IMG/VR virus record: IMGVR_UViG_3300005805_000359
Coordinates: 1-28,114 of that record
From: a virus
Taxonomy: Duplodnaviria; Caudoviricetes
Reading direction: 5' to 3' (one strand)
Length of the DNA: 28,114 nt
Position numbers and translations under genes: made by a program. The notes under the pieces are model-generated. The model saw only the letters and a program-made list of their open reading frames with translations. It ran no database searches and had not been told where the DNA came from. Below are positions 16,845-25,045 of this stretch, one piece after another (positions within the stretch are counted from its first letter, which is position 1; each line of letters begins with the position of its first letter).

Positions 16845-17870
16845 CTATTTTCTCCTGTCGAGAAGTCCAAAAAGTTTAGCAGCGTCATCGACGCTACCGG
16901 TTCTACTGAGACGATCCTTTGCACGAGAGACTTCCGTCGCTGCACGTGGAGTGTTGGCGATAGTGCCTGAACGCATTGGCTTCGGCCCGGCAGACTGGTC
17001 TGGCTTGGGACGATTGGCCATTATGGCGTCGTAGCGTCTCGCTTTATCAAGCACCAAGATCGCCCGTGGGTCATATGCGGCTCCGAGTTCCTCGTCCGTA
17101 TAGCCAACCTTCTGGCCATAGTCGCGAAGCCTGCTCCTTGCCTCGTTCCACTTCTCTGCGTCTTTCCACTCCGGCACCTTGTTGAACAGGTATTCCCTAC
17201 CACGCTCGACCATGTGCTGAAGCTGCGCCTGCTCCTGCTGAGAGGCCATGTGAGCCATACGTTCGCGCTCGGCTCCTGTCGCAGCCACGCGCTCCTTATA
17301 GTCTCGCCACTGCTTCTCGACGATTGGGAAGTTGAGCGGGTCATCACGATGCAGTTGTTCCCAGTTGGGTTCCTGCGGCGCGAATTGCTGTAGCTGTTGG
17401 TGCAGCGCATTAATGAGCTGCCCGTACTGCTGCCTCTCCACTTCCACTTGCTGGCGCTCCTGCGCGAAGGTCTGTACCTCCTGCTTTAGCGCCTGCGTCT
17501 TCCTCGTGTAATCGGAGTTCCGTTGGTAGCCTTCGAGAGCCTCCTTCAGCGTGATGTTCTCAGTCTTGCCGTTAATCTTAACGGTGACGAGTGCATCAAG
17601 CGGAAGCGGTTCTGTATCCGCGCCTTCGGTATCCTCGGAGTACTCCGGCTCTTCACCTTCCGGGGCAGCGTCATACGCTGGGTCGGCCCCATCCGATTCA
17701 GTCTCTTCGCCTTCGTACCCCGACGCCTCGGCCTCTGGAGCCTCGGCAGGGGCAATAGCTCTCTTGGGTGCTTCGGGTTGGCCATCTCTGGCTCCCAGTA
17801 GGGCATCCATTTTCGCTGCTGCTTCTGCAACACCGAGTTCCCCGCCTTGGGATTGTTCGGCTGATACCAT
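16845..17870 (-). CDS. Capsid scaffolding protein (341 aa)
   Basis: Acidic disordered N-terminus, VKINGK..ITLKE..GYQR..DYTRKTQ motif, Gln-rich coiled coil; directly upstream of the capsid gene. Confidence 0.82.
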   Translation of the reverse strand: MVSAEQSQGGELGVAEAAAKMDALLGARDGQPEAPKRAIAPAEAPEAEASGYEGEETESDGADPAYDAAPEGEEPEYSEDTEGADTEPLPLDALVTVKINGKTENITLKEALEGYQRNSDYTRKTQALKQEVQTFAQERQQVEVERQQYGQLINALHQQLQQFAPQEPNWEQLHRDDPLNFPIVEKQWRDYKERVAATGAERERMAHMASQQEQAQLQHMVERGREYLFNKVPEWKDAEKWNEARSRLRDYGQKVGYTDEELGAAYDPRAILVLDKARRYDAIMANRPKPDQSAGPKPMRSGTIANTPRAATEVSRAKDRLSRTGSVDDAAKLFGLLDRRK

Positions 17871-17883
17871 CTTAAATACTCCC

Positions 17884-18141
17884 TTATGGGCCGCGTTTCA
17901 AGCGGCGGTTGAAAGCAGTCACAGTCGGCTCTGCGGCCAGCGCAGTTAGCTCGTTTCTGAACTCGCCTATGGCACGCACCATCCTGTACGCATCATCCCT
18001 ATCGTCGCCCCGATCCGGGTGCGACATCTTCCATTTCTCGATGTACGACTGCTCCATGCGACGCAGCACTTCATCCGTCGCCTTGTCTCTCGCAAGGGAC
18101 GTGGCGGCGCGGTAGATGTCTTCGAGTTCGTGCGGGGTCAT
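17884..18141 (-). CDS. Small helical head-module protein (85 aa)
   Basis: Lies between portal and scaffold; ATGA-coupled; codon usage resembles the core genes. Confidence 0.7.
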   Translation of the reverse strand: MTPHELEDIYRAATSLARDKATDEVLRRMEQSYIEKWKMSHPDRGDDRDDAYRMVRAIGEFRNELTALAAEPTVTAFNRRLKRGP

Positions 18142-19406
18142 CGAGTTTCCTGTGCCTGAGCTTGGTCTTGAGCGCCCAATAAACCATATCCTGCCGCTCC
18201 AACTGCGGGGATTAAGCCATACTTGCGCAGTATTTCGATCATTGCGTCATCAAAAACAACGTAATTACTTTTTCCCTCACCCCGTGAGCGTGACATGGCG
18301 TCAAGATATTTTATTCCGGGAACCTCGTTTTTCAAAAGATATTCGCTGGCTTTCCTAGCAGCAGAATTGCGATACTGTGACCGCATTGCGGCATCTGCAT
18401 CTACAGGCCAATCAATAGCGCCCATTTTGTTTTTCAAATTCTCATAAATTTCTGCTCCTGTCGCAGACATAGGCAACGCGCCTTTAGGAGTAGGAAGTTT
18501 AGCTGGATTGTATTCCGAAGAACCTTCAAGCGCTGCTAAAAGGTTATCTGTGTCTTTGGCTTCCGCTGAACGATACGCATCTATAGTTTCAGGGGACCAT
18601 CCGCTAAGTTTTTTTATCACATCAGGTTGATCTCGAAGCGGTTTATCCCAATCTAAAAATTTTTCTGGGTTCGCTCTAATATTGACTTCATACATACTGC
18701 CTTCTTTAGACTTACGGTATACATCAATTAGATCAGCAAGTGCTTCTGGAGGATATTTCCTTGCTTCAATACTTGCATTTTGAAGCTGCTTTGCGGCTTG
18801 CAATGGTGGCACATTGCCACTTGCTTGACGCCTAATTTCAGTCATTGCCTCACGAGTCATAGGCATACCGCGTTGATTGACTTCATACTCAAGATCAATT
18901 TGATTTCTGTTAGGGGCTAAGGTGTCTCGATAATATTTAGCCGTTGGCTCGGCTTCAGCAAGATATAACCCATGACCGAACGCCTGTACGCCTTCTCCTG
19001 ACCCTATTTTCGATAAATCAAATTTGTCAAAGCTATACGGCGATCCATGATATGCCCGTATAACTTCTGGGGCTATTTCTGAAACTGCTTCGACTGCCTT
19101 CTTTGCCATAGTACGAGGCAAAGCAGCGGCTCCAAGAGTAGCCATATCAAGAATACCACTGCCATACCCTAACGCGGCATTGCCAGCACCAATAGCGGCT
19201 TCACCGTAGTTTCCGGTCTGAGCATTACGAGCTGCCTCAGTTAAATCCCGTTGGCCGGTAACAAAACCAGACCCCGGAAGATATTCGGCTGGTGATCCCA
19301 ATATACCACTTACCGTCGGCATATTTTCGCGAAACTGCTTCGCACCACGGGCAAGCATATAGCCTGACGTCTCAAGATATTTTTTGAGGTCTTCCATGCT
19401 TGCCAT
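18138..19406 (-). CDS. Putative ADP-ribosyltransferase-fold effector (ART-PolyVal-like), low GC (422 aa)
   Basis: AYHGSP..FDKFD...GSGEG.QAFGHGLYLAE...AKYY, MYEVNI, GIKY and NYVVFDD motifs after a Gly/Ala-rich N-terminal region. Confidence 0.65.
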   Translation of the reverse strand: MASMEDLKKYLETSGYMLARGAKQFRENMPTVSGILGSPAEYLPGSGFVTGQRDLTEAARNAQTGNYGEAAIGAGNAALGYGSGILDMATLGAAALPRTMAKKAVEAVSEIAPEVIRAYHGSPYSFDKFDLSKIGSGEGVQAFGHGLYLAEAEPTAKYYRDTLAPNRNQIDLEYEVNQRGMPMTREAMTEIRRQASGNVPPLQAAKQLQNASIEARKYPPEALADLIDVYRKSKEGSMYEVNIRANPEKFLDWDKPLRDQPDVIKKLSGWSPETIDAYRSAEAKDTDNLLAALEGSSEYNPAKLPTPKGALPMSATGAEIYENLKNKMGAIDWPVDADAAMRSQYRNSAARKASEYLLKNEVPGIKYLDAMSRSRGEGKSNYVVFDDAMIEILRKYGLIPAVGAAGYGLLGAQDQAQAQETR

Positions 19407-19416
19407 ATCTACACCC

Positions 19417-21684
19417 TCACATCATCTGCGGAGGCATTGGCGGCATCATCTGCGGTGCCGGTGCCTGTTGCGGTATCTGGTTCATATTCAGCATGGCCTG
19501 CTCGCGCTGCGCTTGGAGAGAGAACATCTCCTGTATCTCGGTGCGCTGGCGGTTCACTTCAGCGTTAATCACGGCCATGTTGACCTGTGACCCGTACTTG
19601 GCCTCGATCTCTGCCGCCTTGAGCATCGCGTCTACCATAAGCTGATCGCGCTTGAAGTCCGCGTCTGCCTGCGCCTTCTTCGTCTCCAGCTCCTGCTTCG
19701 CGGCAGCGATCAGGATGTCGGCCTCGATCTGCTTCGCCTGAACCTGAGCCAGCATCTCGGTCGGGTCCATCGGCTTCTGCTGCTGGGACATCTGCTGCAT
19801 ATACGCGTCGACCGCAGCCGGATCGACTTCCTTCACGAACTGTGACGGGTCTTGGAACCCGGACAACTGGATCACCTGCGCGAGCGTATTGCGGTACTGC
19901 TGGAGGTCTACGAGCGGGTTATTCGGGCCGTATTTCTCGATCACTTCCTTCTGCTGCGCGAGTATCTGCATCAGGAATGCCATGCGCTGATCGTCTGAAC
20001 CGCGACCGAGCGCGATGTTGACGACCATGTCCATATTCGCATCCCAACTGCGCGGGTCGATTGGCACGAACTTGTTGCGCAGGCGGATGATCTTTGGCTT
20101 GTCCTGATGCTGCACGACGAGCTTCAGCAAGCCTTGGAAGCAGCGCTTCAACCCGTCAGCGAACAGGCGAGCGATCATCTCGATGCGCTCCTGCGACGAC
20201 GAGAGCTGTGCCTGCACGGCTGACCGTGTGGTTGACTGCAACACGTCACCGTCAAGCCCCTGCGATGCGCGTGAGATGCCCGTGCGCTGCGTCTTCACGT
20301 CGTCTAGGTATGCAAGCACCCCGAGAGCCGGTTGCCCGACGAACGGCGTCGAGAGAGCCTGCACGGCACCCATGGAGCGCATACGGATAACTGCGCCCGT
20401 CTCGTTGTTCATCACGTCGTCCATGTTGACTTGTGATTCGACGACGGCTGTGCGCGGGTGGATCGACTGCGCGAGGCTGTCGAGCGTATTGCGGACAATG
20501 GCAGACTTGATGAGCTGCAAGTCCATCGTCTGATCGGCAATCGACTTGCCAAAAATCGTGTGGGGCGTCGGATCGGGCGACAGCAGCGCGAACGGTGCCT
20601 GCTGCACGATCTCGTCGTGGAGTACGACTGCGCCGTTCCCGACCGTGCAGACCTTGTGCAGCTCGGCGATACCGTCACCGTCCTTGTCGATGCGGATGTA
20701 CGCCTCGACGTAGTAGACCTTGTCCGTGCTCTCGTCAGCGCCCTGCGTAAGACCAAAGAACGACTGGTCTGCCGGGTTGCGTGCGAGCGTCTCCATGTTC
20801 ATCTCGAAGCCGCCAGAGCCTGCGTTCTCCTCGATGACTTCACGCGGGTAGCCCATCGCCACCAGCTCGGATACCGTCGCGAGCTTGCGCCGACCGACGA
20901 TGAGAGCCTCGTCGATTGTCGGTGCCTCGTTGTCGATCAGGAACTGCTCGGGCGGGATGCACTCGACGACATACTTCGGCGTCTTGTTAATGCGACGCAC
21001 GCGCATCGAGATCGTTGGCGGCTCCATGGACATCATCGGGTCCATCGGGATGACGTTGGTCTGCGTCTGCGTCATCGACATATGCTCGACCATCTCGATC
21101 ATCTCGACGCCCGGCTGCGACAAGATAAACGCGACCTCGTCCTGCGACAGGCCGGAGTAGTTGTACTCCTCGACCGTCTCGTCCGTCCGCACGTACCACG
21201 TCAACACGCCTTCCTTCAGGATCAGCGCGTCCTTCATGGCGTCGTGCAGGATGCGGAAGCCGTTATTCTCTTGGCTGAAGATGTAGTCGATGAGGTCCGT
21301 CATCTGCTCGGCGGCTTCGACATCTTCAGCGCCCTTAGGGACGAACTCAAGCGTCTTCGTGCCTCCGACAAAGATGCGCAGAAGGCTCGGCATCATGGCG
21401 AGAACGGTATCGCGCACCTCGGTCATCACGACCTGAGAGCGCCCAGCTTCCTCATTCCCGAACAAATTGCCGAGGTAGTAGTTCATCGCCGTCTCGCGAT
21501 CCGGCGCGATATAGCTGTCGATATAGGTTGCGCAGTCCTCGACCGCCTGCCGAACGCGGTATCGGAAATCTTCCTCGTCCATTGGCTGGTCGGGCGTAGG
21601 TACGAGCATACCGCTGTCGTCGTTCAGGACGCGCTGCGGGATCATCTCTGGATCGTACCCACCGAGTGCTGCTTCGTTAATCAT
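19417..21684 (-). CDS. Portal protein, P22-like, with a Gln/Met/Pro-rich C-terminal extension
   Basis: YYLG..FGNEE.GRSQVV..EVRDTV...PSLLRIF, DAL..K.G, IPPEQFLID and RTG motifs. ATG 21684 is preferred because it avoids overlap with the methyltransferase. Confidence 0.9.
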   Translation of the reverse strand: MINEAALGGYDPEMIPQRVLNDDSGMLVPTPDQPMDEEDFRYRVRQAVEDCATYIDSYIAPDRETAMNYYLGNLFGNEEAGRSQVVMTEVRDTVLAMMPSLLRIFVGGTKTLEFVPKGAEDVEAAEQMTDLIDYIFSQENNGFRILHDAMKDALILKEGVLTWYVRTDETVEEYNYSGLSQDEVAFILSQPGVEMIEMVEHMSMTQTQTNVIPMDPMMSMEPPTISMRVRRINKTPKYVVECIPPEQFLIDNEAPTIDEALIVGRRKLATVSELVAMGYPREVIEENAGSGGFEMNMETLARNPADQSFFGLTQGADESTDKVYYVEAYIRIDKDGDGIAELHKVCTVGNGAVVLHDEIVQQAPFALLSPDPTPHTIFGKSIADQTMDLQLIKSAIVRNTLDSLAQSIHPRTAVVESQVNMDDVMNNETGAVIRMRSMGAVQALSTPFVGQPALGVLAYLDDVKTQRTGISRASQGLDGDVLQSTTRSAVQAQLSSSQERIEMIARLFADGLKRCFQGLLKLVVQHQDKPKIIRLRNKFVPIDPRSWDANMDMVVNIALGRGSDDQRMAFLMQILAQQKEVIEKYGPNNPLVDLQQYRNTLAQVIQLSGFQDPSQFVKEVDPAAVDAYMQQMSQQQKPMDPTEMLAQVQAKQIEADILIAAAKQELETKKAQADADFKRDQLMVDAMLKAAEIEAKYGSQVNMAVINAEVNRQRTEIQEMFSLQAQREQAMLNMNQIPQQAPAPQMMPPMPPQMM

Positions 21685-21688
21685 GTGC

Positions 21689-22240
21689 CTATACCTTTCG
21701 GACGCGCCACCATGACCAGCCACGTTCTGTGCCGATCTCTGGTTTTGGGAATACTTCTCTCACAGCTTGCCCCACGCCGTCCATAGGGTAGTCGTCGCCA
21801 CCGATCACGCCACCGCGCTTCACCTTCGGGAGCCACGCATTAATATCCGCCAGAACAGAGGCGTAGTCGTGACCGGCGTCGATCCAGACGAAGTCGCAGC
21901 TCTCGTCGGCGAACTTCTCGGCTGCGGCTGGGCTTTCGCCCCGGTGGATGACGAGGTTCAGACCGTCGATGCGCTTCATGTTAGCGCGAAATATCTTCGC
22001 GACGTTCTTGATCTCGGGATCGGCGAGGTGGACGTCGTCGCTGCCCTTCCAGTGGTCGACACAGTTGAACTCGATAGCCTTGCCGGAGTTGACGATCTCG
22101 ACGCCCATAAAGGATGCGGATCGCCCCTTCCAGCAGCCAAGTTCGACGAACACGGCACCGTCGCGAGCTGACGCAACGGCTTCAAGGTACGGCTTTGAGA
22201 ACTGGAACCAGCCCTCGATCTCCTCGTAGAAGTGTTTCAC
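21689..22240 (-). CDS. Class I SAM-dependent methyltransferase (Methyltransf_24-like)
   Basis: VELGCWKGRS (motif I), CVDHW, DFVWIDAGHDY and GGVIGGDDY. Confidence 0.88.
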   Translation of the reverse strand: MKHFYEEIEGWFQFSKPYLEAVASARDGAVFVELGCWKGRSASFMGVEIVNSGKAIEFNCVDHWKGSDDVHLADPEIKNVAKIFRANMKRIDGLNLVIHRGESPAAAEKFADESCDFVWIDAGHDYASVLADINAWLPKVKRGGVIGGDDYPMDGVGQAVREVFPKPEIGTERGWSWWRVRKV

Positions 22241-22413
22241 TTGCGCTTCATCTTTCCGGCTTCGGACATCGCGATTGCGATTGCCTGCTTGCGGCTCTTG
22301 GCCATCGGTGCCTTGGCCGGGCCTTTCGGGTTCACGCCTGCCTTCAGCGTACCCTTCTTGTATTCGCCCATCACCTTGCCGATCTTGGCCTGCGCCTTGC
22401 TCATCTTCTTCAT
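22237..22413 (-). CDS. Small Lys-rich protein (58 aa, DUF6496-like)
   Basis: Hand-translated, absent from the ORF track: MKKMSKAQAKIGKVMGEYKKGTLKAG...KSRKQAIAIAMSEAGKMKRK; 4-nt overlaps with both neighbours. Confidence 0.75.
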   Translation of the reverse strand: MKKMSKAQAKIGKVMGEYKKGTLKAGVNPKGPAKAPMAKSRKQAIAIAMSEAGKMKRK

Positions 22414-23093
22414 GCTGCTGCCCCTTCGATCTCGGCCATTACCATGCTGTCCATGTCACGCTCGGCCTCTGCGTGCTCATGCGTAAACTCGAATACGCCT
22501 ATGTGTCGCACTTCTGCTGACACGGCATTGTCGATCATAACCTTGAGCCCGTGCCTCTGCGCCAGCTTGCAGAAGTAGATATCCTCGCCCACAAACGCCT
22601 CGCTCTTTGGCGCGTACCCGATCTGGAACCACGGCTGCGGGAGAGCCTTGAACACTTGCGCCTTGATCAGCATGACGCCCATGCCGACGGCGTCTACCTC
22701 TTGCAGGACTTGCGTTGCCTCGTCCCAGTAGATGCACTCCAGCTTCTCGAAGTTCGAGAACGCGACCGTCTTCGTCGGCATCCTGCGCGTCGCATAGTTC
22801 GCGGCGACGATGTCGAGATCGTTCGCCATCAGGCGCTGCACGACGTTCTTCGGGAAGCGCATATCGCTGTCGAGGAAGAGTATCCAGTCAGCGCCTGCCT
22901 TTAGCGCGATCTTGACGAGCTTCTGGCGCTGGTCAGCGATTAGCGTTCCGCTGACCATGTGTATGTTGAACTTGGAGCCGACGGGTGCTGCGCCGTACCA
23001 GTGCGCGGACAGCGTCGCGAGATCGTGAGCGAACCCGGCGTCTACGTGGTCGCGTGCCGGTATGCAGATGGATAAGTTGATGGGCTTGGTCAT
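22410..23093 (-). CDS. Glycosyltransferase, GT-A fold (family 2-like)
   Basis: ICIPARD, R..LV..AL, WILFLDSD (DxD), GMGVMLI..VF, PWF and GEDIYFC motifs. Confidence 0.82.
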   Translation of the reverse strand: MTKPINLSICIPARDHVDAGFAHDLATLSAHWYGAAPVGSKFNIHMVSGTLIADQRQKLVKIALKAGADWILFLDSDMRFPKNVVQRLMANDLDIVAANYATRRMPTKTVAFSNFEKLECIYWDEATQVLQEVDAVGMGVMLIKAQVFKALPQPWFQIGYAPKSEAFVGEDIYFCKLAQRHGLKVMIDNAVSAEVRHIGVFEFTHEHAEAERDMDSMVMAEIEGAAA

Positions 23094-23101
23094 GGGTTAG
23101 T

Positions 23102-24106
23102 TTAATCCTCTAGATATCTTGCATAGCCAGATTTGATATCGTCTAATAGGCCGGGAATACCTTTGCTCAATAGACTTCTATCAAGCACAAACTCCTCATC
23201 CCATCGTGGCCCCCGTTGCTCCCTTGAATATTCACGCTGCGGCGTGTCTGGCAAATAATGGTCAGATAACCTCACTTCATATTTTTTGTCTGGAGAAACA
23301 AGGTAACGGCTTGAAGCTCTTTTATTTTTGCCTTGTGATGTATGACGAACGCTCCACCCTTCTTGCTTTAACAAGCGCGGGACAGCTTCCATAGTTGCCT
23401 TTTTTGTCTCGTCAAACGCATCCCCCGGGGATATATCTGCAAATCTTTTTATGTAATCTGCTGCATCTGAACGCAATAAGTCAAATCCGGGCATACGCGT
23501 AAATTGTGTAACATCTTTATTTCTTTGAATAGCTTTGTTTAATTCGCTCCATTGAGCGTCTGGCCCTCTATACAGAGGGTCTCTGGATGGCTTGTTCAAG
23601 TAAGCGGCTGTCTGCCTCTGTTTTTGAATATCACGTATCTGGGCTATCAATTCTGGCAAGGCGTCAATTTCTTCAGGTACAGCTCCTCCTTCAAGTGCGT
23701 ACTTTGTTATTGATGCTGGGTTAGTGATGTTAACTCTCTTGGCCACTTGCGAAGCAGCCTTATACGTCTGCGGGGACAGTTGACGGGCGGCGGCTTCTGC
23801 TGCTGTCTCAACGACATTGCCGACCGCCTTCGCCTGCTTCATGCCGGGCACCATTGCCATTGCCGCGCTGCGGTAGTCACCGGCTGCGGCTTGCGTCTGG
23901 GCGTCAAGCAACCCGCCTAACCCAGTGAAGTCGACCAAGCTCATGCCGGTATCGCCCAACCCAGACGAGCCAAGCAAACCTTCAATGGAGCGGCGCTTGT
24001 CAAACGATGGCTGCTCGCCAAGCATCATCTTTGCCAAGCGGTCACGCCACGTCGGCTCATACGGTGATAGTGTTTGGCCAGCGTATGGGTTGTATGGTTC
24101 AGCCAT
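23102..24106 (-). CDS. Mosaic protein with a high-GC N-terminal region and a low-GC C-terminal domain of unknown function (334 aa)
   Basis: N-terminal PTWRDRLA...GLLG...DFT.LGGLL; C-terminal SSRYL...VRLSDH motif; GC shift near 23760. Confidence 0.7.
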   Translation of the reverse strand: MAEPYNPYAGQTLSPYEPTWRDRLAKMMLGEQPSFDKRRSIEGLLGSSGLGDTGMSLVDFTGLGGLLDAQTQAAAGDYRSAAMAMVPGMKQAKAVGNVVETAAEAAARQLSPQTYKAASQVAKRVNITNPASITKYALEGGAVPEEIDALPELIAQIRDIQKQRQTAAYLNKPSRDPLYRGPDAQWSELNKAIQRNKDVTQFTRMPGFDLLRSDAADYIKRFADISPGDAFDETKKATMEAVPRLLKQEGWSVRHTSQGKNKRASSRYLVSPDKKYEVRLSDHYLPDTPQREYSREQRGPRWDEEFVLDRSLLSKGIPGLLDDIKSGYARYLED

Positions 24107-24108
24107 AG

Positions 24109-24270
24109 CTATCCCTTCTTCTTACCGGCCACGCGCATATTGTCGATCAGGTTCGGGTATGGCCGACCCGCCTTCTTCGCCGCACTCTTCGCCGACGCCT
24201 TCTGCGATGGCGACAGCTTATCGCTCTTGCCGAGCGACTTTGGTCGCGCCTTGTCCCATACCTGCTTCAT
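24109..24270 (-). CDS. Small Lys-rich protein (53 aa)
   Basis: Hand-translated, absent from the ORF track: MKQVWDKARPKSLGKSDKLSPSQKASAKSAAKKAGRPYPNLIDNMRVAGKKKG; fills the gap with 2-nt spacing on each side. Confidence 0.75.
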   Translation of the reverse strand: MKQVWDKARPKSLGKSDKLSPSQKASAKSAAKKAGRPYPNLIDNMRVAGKKKG

Positions 24271-24272
24271 GG

Positions 24273-24575
24273 TCACCCCTTTGCCTTAATGCGCTTGCTC
24301 AATGATGCAGCCTTCTGCTTCGCGTCTGACGTTGACGACGCACCCCACGCCTTGAGCGCGAGCAGCTTGCGGGTCGGCTTGCCCTTCTCGTCAAAGTCCG
24401 GTCCCTTCACGCCAGCCATGCGTGCCAAGAAGCTCGCCTTGCGACCGAGCGCCTCGTCGGACTTCGGTGCGCCCTTCACGGGTGCCTTCAGGTTAGCACC
24501 TTCGGTGCGCTTGAAGAACGCACGACCGGCGGCGTTCAAGCCACCGGCTGGGTTTTGGTACTTCTTGGCAACCAT
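24273..24575 (-). CDS. Basic small phage protein (100 aa)
   Basis: NPAGGLNAAGR...NLKAPV...RKASFLARM...LALKAWG; Lys/Arg-rich; GAGGAGG RBS. Confidence 0.75.
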   Translation of the reverse strand: MVAKKYQNPAGGLNAAGRAFFKRTEGANLKAPVKGAPKSDEALGRKASFLARMAGVKGPDFDEKGKPTRKLLALKAWGASSTSDAKQKAASLSKRIKAKG

Positions 24576-25045
24576 CAGGCCGCCTCCTCATCCATCATCG
24601 CACCAGCAAGCTCATCGTCCTCGTCGTTATACTCGTACTCATCCTCGGCCTCGCCGCCCTCATCGCCCTCATCCTTGATCGGGCCACCGACGATCCAAGC
24701 GTCGCACGTACGGCTAGCAGCGCACTTGAAATCGAATATCTCGCAGTATCCCAAGTCGCCAGCTTCGATAACGTCCATCGAATCACGTTCCGTATCCTTC
24801 CCCTCAATGCCGGTGCGGATGCACTCCATCATCGCAGACGTCTGGTTAAACGCCGAGCAATTACCGCAGAGCTGCGTCTTTGCCTCGTCCGGCGTTACGT
24901 CCCACGACTGCGCCTTCATCGCCCAGAAGCGGTCATTGCGCTGCTCTGGGTCCATCGGGCCGTAGTTGGCCTTGTCGATAGCCTTGCCGCGATTGCGCAG
25001 GTTCGCCGTAATATCGTGTGTCTCAACGGGGCATGATTCAACCAT
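24575..25045 (-). CDS. Cys-rich putative metal- or Fe-S-binding protein with an acidic tail (156 aa)
   Basis: CGNCSAF...GYCEIFDFKCAASRTCDAW, followed by a Glu/Asp-rich C-terminus. Confidence 0.7.
   Translation of the reverse strand: MVESCPVETHDITANLRNRGKAIDKANYGPMDPEQRNDRFWAMKAQSWDVTPDEAKTQLCGNCSAFNQTSAMMECIRTGIEGKDTERDSMDVIEAGDLGYCEIFDFKCAASRTCDAWIVGGPIKDEGDEGGEAEDEYEYNDEDDELAGAMMDEEAA

Noticed and set aside
21685-21723. Upstream portal start at 21723
   Set aside because: Would overlap the methyltransferase C-terminus; ATG 21684 follows its stop codon closely.
20458-21786. 442-aa ORF on the + strand
   Set aside because: Antisense shadow of the portal gene in high-GC DNA; no recognisable motifs.
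21689-22240. DNA methyltransferase for anti-restriction
   Set aside because: Lacks DPPY/NPPY or PC catalytic motifs; the pattern fits small-molecule or sugar O-methyltransferases.
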